Positions 38,047 to 50,905 of a stretch of DNA of 64,000 nt are shown piece by piece. Below the pieces are notes generated by a model that was not told the DNA's origin, made no database searches, and worked only from the letters and a program-made list of their open reading frames with translations. The first letter of the stretch is position 1; every line of letters starts with the position of its first letter. The position numbers and the translations under genes were made by a program. This stretch comes from Octopus sinensis (lineage: Eukaryota), in the NCBI RefSeq assembly GCF_006345805.1, contig NC_043000.1, positions 26,164,001-26,228,000 of the forward strand, in the 5' to 3' direction.

Positions 38047-38047
<1 letters not shown>
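37490..38047 (-). mobile_element. Non-coding about 560-bp insertion bounded by (ATT)n on both sides
   Basis: Complex, GC-richer sequence with sharp borders in ATT tracts. The minus strand ends CTCTCTCATTC(AAT)n like a retroposed tail. No ORF or tRNA head. Confidence 0.55.
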
Positions 38048-38410
<363 letters not shown>

Positions 38411-38520
38411 GATGTTTGACTTTTGCTTTGTATTTGTATAAGTTGGCTCCAAGTCTCAACCAGAGACCTCAAGAGACAAGTTAGAAGTCCAAGCTGGTAT
38501 TATGCCTAGTGGGGGTGATA

Positions 38521-38563
<43 letters not shown>

Positions 38564-38579
38564 GTTGTTGTTGTTGTTG

Positions 38580-38624
<45 letters not shown>

Positions 38625-38626
<2 letters not shown>

Positions 38627-38969
38627 ATTTGTCTTTTCACAGGTTTTGCAGGAGCTCCTGGAATATTAACTGCGTCGCAGGTTTACTACTTACAGCCTAC
38701 GGTACCATGCTATCCGCTCTTTTAAACCATCTAATACATTCCTGATTATTCTGGCCGTGCCAAGGAGGCAAACCTTTTGTAACAGCTCTATTGGGAATCC
38801 TATTCCAGTTTCCTTTATATTCCCCTTGATGCCTTCTGATACTGTTCCCAAGGACCCAACAATAATTGGCACTATCTTCATCTTCTTCATTTTCCATAGC
38901 TGGGCTATTTCGTACTTAAGAGGGCTGTATCTATCTATCTTTTCGCCTCCCTTCTCGACTATTCGTGGG

Positions 38970-39039
<70 letters not shown>

Positions 39040-39450
39040 TTGCACTGCCGGTATAGTGATCTCGGTCTCCTTTTTTATTGTTCCTTTTATCAGCCAATCC
39101 CACCTATTTTTTCCAGCAACTTCTGTTGTGGCTACATGGAATTGATTGTGTGTCCCATCTTGCGTAATTCTTCTACATGTCCTTTTTGCACTTCTTCCTT
39201 TGTTTTCCCTTTTTCCTCTGCTCTCAATACTCCCTCGGTTCTAACTATCACTAGCATGGTTTCCTTACTTTGGGCTAGATCTCTCATTAAGCTCTCGAGT
39301 TCGATAAGTGCACAATCTTCCACACTTATCAGTACCCTTCCTTCATTTGCTCTCTTCGTGAATAGGCGATCAGTGTCTGCACATGGATGATAGGCTCCAT
39401 GCATCGTTAGCTTTCTTGTGCAAAAGCTCGATGGTCTTCTATGCAATTTC
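38625..39450 (-). pseudogene. R4/Dong-like RLE non-LTR retrotransposon, 3' part
   Basis: RKLTMHGAYHPCADTDRLFTKRANEGRVLISVED (post-RT) and KIDRYSPLKYEIAQLW...VPIIVGSLG...LQKVCLLGTARIIR (RLE C-terminus). The 3' end abuts (AAT)n. Confidence 0.88.
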
Positions 39451-39526
39451 TGTCAAAAGATATGTAGTAAACCGAGTTTATGAAAAATAACATTTTGGCA
39501 AGATGTTACACTAGATGCTACAATAT

Positions 39527-40119
39527 AAGGCGGCGAGCTGGCAGAAACGTTAGCACGCCGGGCGAAATGCTTAGCGGTATTTCGTCTGTCGCTACGTTCT
39601 GAGTTCAAATTCCGCTGAGGTCGACTTTGCCTTTCATCCTTTCGGGGTCGATTAAGTAAGTACCATACACGCACTGGGGTCGATGTCATCGACATAATAC
39701 CTATGTTTGTCCTTGTTTGTCCCCTCTATGTATAGCCCCTTGTAAGTAATAAAGAAATAGGTATTTGGTTTGCCGCTACGTTCTGAGTTCAAATTCCGCC
39801 GAGGTCGACTTTGCTTTTCATCCTTTCGGGGTCGATAAATTAAGTACCAGTTTCACACTGGGGTCGATGTAATCGACTTAGTCCGTTTGTCTGTCCTTGT
39901 TTGACCCCTCTGTGTTTATCCCCTTGTGGGTAGTAAAGAAATAGGTATTTCGTCGTTCTGAGTTCAAAATCCGCCGAGGTCGACTTTGCCTTTCATCATT
40001 TCGGGGTCGATAAATTACGTACCAGTTACGTACTGGGGTCGATATCATCGACTTAATCCGTTTGTCTGTCCTTGTTTGTCCCCTCTATGTTTAGCCCCTA
40101 GTGGGCAATAAAGAAGTAA
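39527..40119 (+). mobile_element. SINE family A, three-unit concatemer
   Basis: Junctions AAAGAAATA|GGTATTT at about 39760 and 39944. AGATGCTACA on both flanks is a probable TSD. Confidence 0.92.
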
Positions 40120-40599
40120 GATGCTACACAATTGGGATCGAAGCTGGCACCCATGGTTGCAAAATAAACTTCTTAATCATTTGGCCATCCTGCATCTACA
40201 CATATGTATGTATGTTGGTTTATACAGGCGTCTATTTGTATATATGTATATATACAAATACACACGTATATAAACAAACATTTATACATACACACACATA
40301 CTCACACATATACAAACATACATGCGTATATGTGTATGCGTCTGTGTAGAAATGTCTTTCTAATTGTTTTCCCTTCTCTCTTTAAGACAACGAAGAAATA
40401 AGGCAGTGATGTATAGATTTTAGATAATATATGATCATATATAAACCATTTGATTTCTATCTTGTTCTATGTTCGACCTTTACTTTTGCTTCGTTGCCTT
40501 TCACTCATTCACACCCTGTTCTACTTGTTTTGATGTCAGTTAATTGTTTAGTTTGAATATTCAGTTTTTCCTCTAAAATGAACCGATTAATATATATAT

Positions 40600-40649
<50 letters not shown>

Positions 40650-40651
<2 letters not shown>

Positions 40652-40848
40652 AATGATAAATCTCAGAGCGAGTTATAAACAGTAGCGGTAACACATCGTG
40701 ACGCATATTTGCCATTTGAATATGGCTAACCCCTAAGGGTGGATGCTACTGTAGTTTGTAGCTAGATATCTTCCTGGGGCTACAAACTACAGTAGCACCC
40801 ACCCTTAGGGGTTAGCCATATTCAAATGGCAAATATGCGTCACGATAT
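40650..40848. mobile_element. TA-embedded foldback with about 68-bp near-perfect hairpin
   Basis: 40695-40762 is complementary to 40779-40846 with one mismatch. Confidence 0.88.
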
Positions 40849-41174
40849 ATATATATAATATATAAAGGAATCGCATAAGATTCGCCAGAAGTGCCCTCCT
40901 TGTTGTGTTCAGTCCAGGCTAACCCGGACGAAGTCCACTTATGATCAAAGGTGTTCCCAGCGCGACTAATCCGTTATTTCCTTTTTCAATGCCAATATTT
41001 CTAGGACTGTATCTCGCAATAAACCTTTCCCTTTCTATTTAAAGCCACTGTGATATGATTTAAGGGAAGTTTTGCTTTCTGGGGTTGCAAATTAAAATTT
41101 CTCATTTCTCCATGACACTCCTCTAGCAAAGATGGAAGGCGTCTGTATTTGTGTCAGTGACAGAACAACTATAT

Positions 41175-41590
41175 TGATTAACTCAAATATAGATTTCTCA
41201 ATGATGACTCAAAACAGAAAGTCAGCCATTTTGGCTGAAATATAGAGTCTTCTTTTTCGTGATGACTCAAAAGAAGAGTCCCCTTTATTGGCTCAAAAAT
41301 GAAATTCCAAGTGTTGGAGATTCCTTTGTTGGCTCAAATATAGAATCTCCAATAATGGCTCAAGAATAGAATCCCTTCGTTGGGTCAAATATAGAGTACC
41401 TTATGATGGCTCAAATATAAATGACCATTTATTGGTTCAAATGTAGTTTATTCTATAATGGCTCAAAAATAAGTTCCCTTCGTTGATTCAAATATAAAGC
41501 CCTTAACGTTGGCTCAAATGTAATATTTGCTCAAATGCGGAGTTCTTTGGCTCAAATATAGAGTTCATATCTTTGACTCAAATATAAATT
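41175..41590. repeat. Old diverged minisatellite with conserved TGGCTCAAATATAGA core, period about 26 bp
   Basis: About 15-17 recurrences of the core with variable linkers. Confidence 0.75.
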
Positions 41591-42846
41591 CCTCCCCGTT
41601 ATCTTGAATATAACAGGCCTCTCGTTGATCCGCGGAATTCTATTGAATGAAATATGAATTTCCAGAAGACGAAATCTCTTTAACTTTGTTATAAAAGATT
41701 CCCTAATCCTTCAACCGCAGTCCCACTGGCATGTGGCTTCATTTTACCAGGACTCGGATGAAAGGGTCAGCGGATAAGATTAAACTAAGCTTAAACTCAA
41801 AAACATAAAAAGACCCTAACTCTCTTTTCTATGTTCTCCTTCTCCAATCATCACTGTCTTCTTTTTCTTTCTCTTTCTCTCTTTACCATATATATCTCTC
41901 TATTTATCTCTCTCTACCATGTCTCTTCTTCGTCCTCTTCTTCTCAGCCTCCCAGCTACACTCCTGCCGCTGGAACGATTCAAATGAAGATTAAACGACA
42001 GTTTGTACGATTTGGCAAATTATCAAATAATTATCAATAATATCACGTGACTATCAATAATGTCACGTGATTTCCTATAATGTCGTGTGAGAAAAGAATG
42101 GAGATAAAAAGAATGGTAATTCGATTCTCAAGTGTAATTACTAACAGAAATTAATTTATATCAATCTGATTGAAATTACAATGTAAGTTGTTAGATCGAT
42201 TTCACAATGGTCGTCATTGTTAGTTTCTTTTTTAGATGAAAGCATTGGAACCATCTCAGAAATATATAAATCTGTGTGTGTGTGTGTATGCATGTGTGTG
42301 TGTGTGTGTGTGTTGTATTTGTGTGCGCGCATGGGTTGTATGTGTGTGTGTGTGTGTTGTATTTGTGTGTATGTGTATGTATATGTGTATATGTGTGTGT
42401 GAGAGAGAGAGAGAGAAAGAACGAGAGAGAGAGAAAGAAGAGAGAGAGAGAGAGAGAGGGAAAGAAAGAGCGAGAGAGAAAGAAAGAAAGAGAGAGAGAG
42501 AGAAATATAGAAGGGAGAGCGAAAAATGAGAAAATGAGAAAAAGAAAGAGGAAGAGAGTGTGAGAAAATGAGAGATGGGGACAGTGAGAGATGGAGAGCA
42601 ACACAAAGCAAAGAGAGAGAGAGAGTGAGAGAGAGAGAAAGAGAGAGAGGGGGAACCGACAAAATGAGAAAGTATGTGTATGTGTGCATGTGTGCGTGTG
42701 TGTGTGTGTGCGTGTGTCTGTGTGTCTGTATGTTTACCTGCCTAAATAATATCCGAATATTAACGTTTGTTGTAGTTCAATTGTTCAGAATCAACTTATG
42801 TGTACGTGTGTGTGTGTGTGTGTTTGTATGTGTCCATATAGTTGTG

Positions 42847-42916
42847 CGTAACGGCAGACGAAATACCGCTAAGCATTTCGCCCGGCGTGCTAACGGTTCT
42901 GCCAGCTCGCCGCCTT
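42847..42916 (-). mobile_element. SINE family A head
   Basis: Reverse complement of the family A 5' end. Confidence 0.85.
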
Positions 42917-43109
42917 TAATCTAAGGCTCGCCGCCTTTCTATCTAATACCATTCTCTTCTCTCTATTCCTGACGGCAATTCCGAAATGATAGCGAGTTCT
43001 TGAGGAAGATTCTTCTCCTGTCTGTTATGATTCCGAGATGGGAGTGCTTTATTTTGATTACGTCGCTGATATTCTTGGAGAAAGTTAAGAACTCAATGTC
43101 ACGTCTTTA

Positions 43110-43320
43110 ATCTTTTACTTGTCTCAATTATTGGACTACAGCTACAGTGCCGCATCGCCTTGAAGGATTTAGTCGAGTACATTGGCCCAGGACTTACTGT
43201 CTTTTTAAAAAGCTTGATGTTTTTGCTGAACCGCTAATTCATGGGAAGATGAATGCATCAAGATCGGTTGTCAAGTAGTGGCGGTGGGCAAATACAACAC
43301 AGACATAAAAGACACATACA
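43110..43320 (-). mobile_element. SINE family B, old 3' half
   Basis: TCTTTTACTTGT...GCTGAACCGCTAA...CGGTTGTCAAG. Confidence 0.65.
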
Positions 43321-43384
43321 CGTTGGCACACACACACATACACACACAGACACAGAACCGCTCACACACTCAGATACATACACG

Positions 43385-43703
43385 TACTTATTTAATCGAC
43401 CCCGAAAGGATGAAAGGCAAAGTCGACCTCGGCAGAATTTGAACTCAGAACGAAGCGGCAGACGAAATACCTATTTCTTTACTACTAACAAGGGGCTAAA
43501 TACAGAGGGGACAAACAAGGACAGACAAACGGATTAAGTCGATTATATCGACCCCAGTGCATAACTGGTACTTAATTTATCGACCCCGAAAGGATGAAAG
43601 GCAAAGTCGACCTCGGTGGAATTTGAACTCAGAACGTAACGGCAGACGACATACGGCTACGCATTTCGCCCGGCGTGCTAACGTTTCTGCTAGCTTGCCG
43701 CCC
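43385..43703 (-). mobile_element. SINE family A dimer
   Basis: Reverse-complement family A with a GACGAAATACC|TATTTCTTT junction. Confidence 0.9.
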
Positions 43704-43819
43704 TAAATGTAAGATATGGGAAAAGAGAGAAAGTGAGAGAAAGAGAGTGAGAGGGAGAGAGAGAGTGTTAAATGGAGAAAAAATTACATAGAACGAGTGT
43801 AATTACTTGCTGCGGCAGT

Positions 43820-44110
43820 CACCAGCCAGATCACCCCACCCCTCATGAATGCTGACCACACCCGTCGGTCAGCCGCAGTTAAGGCTGTAATGGATGCTCA
43901 CTCCCGGTTCCACTGAGAAGACCATAGATGCGGAGGGTCCAATTGTGCTCCCACTTCCGCCTTAACTGTCGCCAGCCATGTTTTCAGTTGTTCTCCAGCT
44001 CCTTTACGCTGGTCTGGGAGGGAAGCCGAGTTGATCGCCTTGCGAATGAAATTCATAGGAAGCTGACGAAGAGTATGGCCGAGCCACCTTAGACGTCCTG
44101 TGAATAGAGA
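43820..44110 (-). pseudogene. RTE-clade LINE 3' fragment
   Basis: GRLRWLGHTLRQ...RKGAGEQLKTWLATVKAE in ORF 43898-44185. Confidence 0.7.
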
Positions 44111-44299
44111 GCTTGTTGCAGAGAGTTGATGCAGTAGAGTTGCAGCAAATAGGAATGGCAAGTATATAGCAACATCGCTTCTCATAACACCACTCTGTAA
44201 TCATGAAAGGTATGAAGTTATAAAGGAAACAATAAAAACCCACAGGTTTATCAGTCTAAATTGACCAGTATATAAAAGATATGGATAAAATTCAAAATT

Positions 44300-45720
44300 A
44301 GGACCAATAAATTTTCCGCAAGTTAATTGTTCTCCATCTTGTTTTATTTTTCAAACGTTTTCGTCTCTTTGATAACGTATTTTGGACCATAAGATGATCG
44401 AACACTCTGCACAATGTTTTCAACTGTTTTGTTAATGGAAACATTTAATCTCTTCCCTTTTAATGGAATGAGTAGGGTATTCTTCCGACAAAACGACGAA
44501 CATTTTTTTGTCATAGAATTTCTTTGAGATATTTCGCATTGAAGTTTCCGATAGCCAAATTAAAAATGAATTAAGTGCATCCCGAATTAAAAGAGGATTA
44601 TTTAAATACTTCATCAATACAATTCGCTTTTTGTTTTTATTCCTTTGCAATTTGATTCCTTTGGTGACACGTTCTCACAGCAAGAGGAACATGGAATATT
44701 TTGTTGGTTTAATTCTTCCGAAATAAAACAAAATTACTCTCTGCAGAGATCAAACGCTGCATCATTTTGGTTCCAATACTGACGTAACAGTATGAATAGC
44801 ATTAACGCCATTGTTGGAAAAGATAAGAGGTTGTTTCATAGCGATTTTAACTTTTGCAATATAGCTTTTAAAGAACAATAATCGTCCTATAATTGCAGAT
44901 AAACTATTCTATCTTGCCTTCGTGTTATCGATTAATTGCAATTTATGACCAAGCTCCTCTTACACATATTTCCAAAGTATTTCATTTTGCAGGAGACGTA
45001 CAAAATAAACCGAAAATTGTTCTCTCTCTTTTTAATGATATTACCAATGCTTAAAATTGCTTTTGAGCGGAAGAGTCTTCTGTAACTTCAATTTGTTGCA
45101 GATTACATAATCATTAAGCCAATTCGAAATTGCAAGAATTTACATTTTAATCATTATCCTCGAATTACCTTCCAACTCGTGCAAGGATCATTAGTTAAAT
45201 TAGTTTAATCCTAATTTGATTAAATTTCCTTGTGAATAGCATCATAAGCAACCAATGACGCCTATGTGTTTAACACACTTCATGTTCGTATTTAATATCC
45301 TTAACAAATTTTACCACGGTACTTGATCCATCAATTACGAGTGTAACCATGGATATTTTTTTCAAACCAAGGTTGAATTCTTAATAATTTTTACAGCAGG
45401 CAAAACCTCGTAAATTCACATTATTTCTAAATTCCAGAATTTACCAGATGATTGTACATTTACATCCCAATATCTGTGATTACACGAAGCTGTGGATTCA
45501 TCTATAGATTTTTCTGAGTCCCTCCTTCTTTCAGTCATTTCATAAATAACAGCTTTTAAAAGAAATTAAATTGATCATTGTATCATTTGCATCAAACAAG
45601 GACCATTCTTTGATAAAACCAAACAGTTACTGGCTACAGCTTTCTTAATAAAAGCAGGATTAACTTTTGCATTCATAGAAAATCCGCCAATAGCAAGTAA
45701 TTTGGGTCCAAAATATAATG
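44300..45720 (-). pseudogene. Decayed hAT-superfamily transposase
   Basis: Minus-strand broken frames give SIDESTASCNHRYWDVNV..KFWNL, VIDGSSTVVKF..EHEVC*TH (TDGA..CxxH), LIDNTKAR*NSL (TRWNS), VLEP and SKRRKRL, in the expected order. Confidence 0.72.
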
Positions 45721-45832
45721 GAAATGGGAATAGAGTGCCGAGAAAAGTTGTTGCAAAAGGTCTGCCTCCTTTGCATGGCCAGAGCCATCAGGGAAGTATT
45801 GGTTAGTTGAAGAGAACAAAAAGCATGGTACC

Positions 45833-46064
45833 TATTTCTTTATTACCCACAAGGGGCTAAACATAGAGGGGACAAACAAGGACAGATATAGGTATTAAGT
45901 CGATTACATCGACCCCAGTGCGTAACTGGTACTTAGTTTATCGACCCCGAAAGGATTAAAGGCAAAGTCGACCTCGGCGGAATTTGAACTCAGAACGTAA
46001 CGGCAGACGAAATACGTCTACGCATTTCGCCCGGCGTGCTAACGTTTCTGCCAGCTCGCCGCCT
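45833..46064 (-). mobile_element. SINE family A, full length with 18-bp TSD
   Basis: AACAAAAAGCATGGTACC at 45815-45832 and 46067-46084. Confidence 0.95.
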
Positions 46065-46430
46065 GTAACAAAAAGCATGGTACCATAGGCAGCTCACGGT
46101 ACCATTTTCCTATAAAATAGCAAAATCTCCTGTTAGGTTCGTCTATTTCTACGATGCTGCTTCCCAAGAGACTGAAATTGTTAGCGATCCTTAGAAGGCG
46201 TAAAACACTAACGTTTGATAAATCATCTGAGTAGTTTTAAGATGGTTTAGAAATTTATATTTAATCTTTAAATAATACGGTCAGAAATTCCGAGGAAATT
46301 AAATTACAATCTCGGGCAATTCCGCACTAGAATTTTACATTTTTAGTCAAATACATACATACATACATACATACATACATACATACATACATACATACAT
46401 ACATAATACATACATACATACATACATACA

Positions 46431-46460
<30 letters not shown>

Positions 46461-46461
<1 letters not shown>

Positions 46462-48615
46462 GATAAAGCTCGAGATGACCCTTCGATCGGATTCATGAAG
46501 CGGTTAAAACAATTCTGAGACGAAGCTCATCCCAACATAAATACCCTCACGGCGAAACAGCTCCGACAGCAGCAAGCATCTTTAGTAAAAAACTAAATCA
46601 ACTGGTCACCGATCCTCCCAAAACACTGAAAATGGATCAAAATCTGCCGGAAGTAGCGTAAAAAATAATGTGTACAACTGCCTCTCTCGTCATCGCTAAA
46701 TTCGAATGTGTCTCCGAACTTAGCCGACTCAGTAGTGAAGGCTGTGGAATACATCCAACTCAAAAATAAAAAACAAAAACAAAAAAAAACATTTTAAAAT
46801 TACAATTCGCAAAAAATCTTGCTATTTTCTCGAAGCTTTCGTTGAGCAACAGGCTATTGCCAACACGAGTGAGAAAAAACATTCGACCGATCTAATGTTT
46901 AAAGTTATCAACGATGTTGCTGGAGAGCACATGGAATCATGTGAAATTAATTACTGGAATATTAACACTCTTATATACACAACCGCTATTACTCTTAAAG
47001 AACACCTAGGAGAAATCTGCAGTGAACAAAGTCACGAAATTACTAAACGGAAACAACCTTGATGGAAAACAAAATTGCGGAAAATATCAACAACGTGCGC
47101 CGCCATATTGGATGGTTAACTGCAACAATAAAATGTAAGGAGAAAAATGAGTTTACACCTCACCAACTCTGCCTTGGGCGAAAATTAAGGGAACTTTATG
47201 GCAACTTTTTACACCGAGCTCTTGAGGGAAATCTGATCACTTTAAAACCTGAACTCTGGACGATGAGCGAGAAACTCCGCTTTCGTATGTGAACTTTTGA
47301 GCGAACCAGCGTCAATCGCAAGTTTGCTTCCAACTCATAAGCATTATACAGAGAGATGAGGAAGGAAAATATTACCATTAAGCAAGCTCCATCCCAAGAA
47401 GATCTAAAATCATTCTGGTCAAAAATTTGGAACGAAAAGAGGGATTTCAATCTGAATGCATCATGGTTAAATACAATTGAGAACGAATACTGTGCCAACA
47501 CTAACAGTAAAATATACAAAACTGATGCAAAAACCTTCGCTATAACAGTAGGCAAACTGCAGAATGGGAAGGCCCCTGGAAGGGACCTAATAGTTGGATA
47601 TTGGTACAAGGTGACATTTTATAGAAACCATTTGATATGTATGTTGAAAAGAACTATGGAAGGTCAGACTGATATATCAAATTGGCTTGCTACAGCAAGG
47701 ATAAATTCCGTTGCCAAAAATGAAATCACAGAGATGGCAGGAAACTACAGTCCCATTGCTTGCCTAAACATTATGTACAAACTGTACACAAGTTGCCTCA
47801 ACCAATCCCTCCAGAGCCATTGTGAGTCGAACAACATTGTGATTAATGAACAGGCTGATGGAAAGATGGGATTGTGGGGATGTGCCGAGCAACTTTTAAT
47901 AAACAAAGCTGTACTGTCTGAAGTAAGAAAACAATGCAGAAACCGGCATTCGACTCTATTCCTCATTCATGGCTGTTGAAGTGCCTACATCTAGCAAAAG
48001 TACCTACTACCTTAATTGTTGCCATAGAGAGACTCACAAAGACATGGACAACTATTCTTACCCTTACAACTGAGAACAGAATAATTGTTTCTAATAGTAT
48101 AGGCATTACAAAGGGAATATTCCAGGGAGATAGTCTTTCTGTACTTCTTTTTATTTTGGCCCTGAATTCATTATCGTTCCTATTGCAAAAAAACAAATGG
48201 TTTTATGCTAGGATCTTCAACTACTAGAAATATCAATGTAACTCGTAATTTCTTTGTAGACCTAGATGGAAAGCACTCGGCGTACAAAAAAAAAAGACTA
48301 TGAATGAGTATGTTGTCCGGGAGCTCGAAGAAGACAGTAAAATTGACACGAAGCCCAGCCTCTCTGTGACACAAGTCCACTACATCACATCACATTTTAA
48401 AGGCTATGCGTTTGCAATCCAGGAACATGGGATTGCCATAAAGCATCTGTTGAACAAGAGAGACAATGATGCTCTTGTAATCCCAAGGTGCAACTGCATG
48501 TGTAGGCTATGTCATGTTTCTGTGGAAGACATCACGCACGTTATTGGCAGCTGACCTAAAATGTCGTCACAGTACTACCTCCCTATTCAGCATGATGTTG
48601 TTGCTAAAATATGCA
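46461..48615 (+). pseudogene. R4/Dong-like non-LTR retrotransposon ORF (RT plus zinc knuckle), frameshifted and internally deleted
   Basis: GFMKRL...HP...QLRQQ N-terminus, KAPGRD, NYSPIACLNIMYKLYT, EQ.DG..G..GCAEQLLINK, AFDSIPHSWL, GIFQGDSLS.LLF and CRLCHVSVEDITHVIGS. Confidence 0.9.
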
Positions 48616-49035
48616 AGAATTTTCTCAAGTTTCAAATGTGAATTTGCCTGTTTTAATTGCATCCCAAAGATGGAGCTTGCATCTTTGTTGGAAACCGGCT
48701 CCCTCCTCAGTGGAAGATTTATTATAATTAAGTATGTATGTATGTATAACCAACTTTAATATCTATACATATTTTTAATTCATGATTACATACCCATCGC
48801 TGTACATATTTCGCCTCACTACTCTAGCTTTTGAATTTTTGTGGATATTCTCCCGCCCCCGAAAGATGAACAATTATCTCCCCTGTCCACAATAACGATC
48901 ACCAATTACCTCCCCTTAGATTTTTCTACTTGTTGAATCATTCATTCATAAACTCCACACATATTTTCTTGAGAAAATACGTAATTAAAAGTATATTAAA
49001 ACTATGTAAAGTGTGTGTATTTTTCTTCTTGAATT

Positions 49036-49104
<69 letters not shown>

Positions 49105-49525
49105 AATAAATGAAAGAATGGAGTTATCATTATCGCTATGGGCTCCGTGTGGGCAGTCATCTAAAAGTTTTTGTGCATCTTGATGCTGACATAAGTTCCT
49201 TACTTTCCTGATGAGAAGGCGGCATAATGCACCCCTTATTCCTTCGAAATTAGGAATATGCAGCCTTCGAAACATGTCGAAAATAAAATAAAGGAATTTT
49301 GTTAATTCGTCGTTCAACTCCATTCTTTCATTTATTGGTATTTAAAAAAAACACACAAAATTCCACACGATAGCACGTGATCTCTGCCCTAGGCATGTAG
49401 CTTCAACCGTGTTTTTCTGACGTGAATTTGCTACCCAGGTATCGGTTAACCGAATTATCCACAATAAGATAATTCATTCAACTACTCAATTATATATATA
49501 TATATATTATATATATATATATATA

Positions 49526-49764
49526 GATTCAGAGGAATATGGTACTTAAGTTAAAGGCACCAGAATTTTGTATGGCATTATCCATATCAATCAAATGGGG
49601 CAATTATAATCAAAATAAGCGATATCCAAAGTTAGTGTAGTACAATCGTTTCATGCTCTAAATTTTAAAACTGATGTAATGCTTACACTGTTTGATTAAA
49701 TGAGGTAGCTGAAACGATTGTACTACACTACCTTTGGATATCCTTGTTGCTTATTTTGATTATA
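49526..49764. mobile_element. TA-embedded PLE-like terminus with inverted arms
   Basis: 49605-49653 is inverted at 49710-49764. The arms begin at TGAAA-CGATTG-TA (hammerhead 3' half). Confidence 0.72.
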
Positions 49765-49783
49765 TATATATATATATATATAT

Positions 49784-49894
<111 letters not shown>

Positions 49895-49915
49895 TGTATA
49901 TATGTATATGTATAT

Positions 49916-49973
<58 letters not shown>

Positions 49974-50721
49974 ATATATATACAGATGCACTCACTCATA
50001 GTAGTACAAAGAACATATGTATGCGTGTGCGTGAATAGAGTACATATGTGTATCTGAACAGGTGCATTATAATGTAATTTAGTTGTTGGTGTTTCGTAAC
50101 ACAGAAACTAATGTCTATCGTTGAATTTTCATGTTGTATTCCGTTTTCTAAATATAATAAAAGAAAGAAGCTATGTGTTACTATGAAAATGACTGATAAA
50201 AGCAATATCCTGAGGACAAAAAGCACTTATGTCTAGTAGAAAAAGAATCAACAAAAACCAGCTGGACATTTTCAACGCTACTATACAGCTGGTTAGAATG
50301 AAATTAAAAGGATATTATGTGAGGCTATGTTTTACATCCATCCTCATCTCATACTAGCCAACGGTTGGAACATAATAGCTTGCATCTCGGAGACATTAAA
50401 TATATATGAGAGCGATTATTCCTTTAAACTAATATCATTAGACGAACATTCACAGAATAAACATGGAATACACACAGGAAAACCATTAATGTTATTAGTG
50501 ACGTTATGTTTTATGCCAGTATAAACATAATACAAAGCAGGCCGGAATTCAGAGTTGTTCATATCGCTAAATTGGGTGTTATATTCAATTCATTAGATTT
50601 GGAAACCGTCCATCAATAAATTTCCGTATACATTAACATAAGGATAATAATTATATACACAAAACATTTTGCTAATTGTCGACTAGTTAATATCTTTATA
50701 CACTAAACCTATACGCTTTTA

Positions 50722-50905
50722 GTCTTACAGTTTATTTCATTCATTGGATTGCGACCATAAAAGGTCACTGCCTTGAAAGGTTTTTAATCAAGCAAATTGA
50801 CTTCAATACTAATTCTGTGGCATCTCTTTTTGCTGAAGCACTAAATTTCGGGGATATATACAAACCAACACCGGTTGTCAAATGGTGGGAGACAAATACC
50901 AATAC
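50722..50905 (-). mobile_element. SINE family B, old 3' half
   Basis: Degenerate match ending CAAACCAACACCGGTTGTCAA. Confidence 0.6.

Noticed and set aside
41175-41590. CRISPR array (core plus variable linker)
   Set aside because: The core is degenerate, the linkers are only about 10 nt and mutually related, and no cas genes are present.
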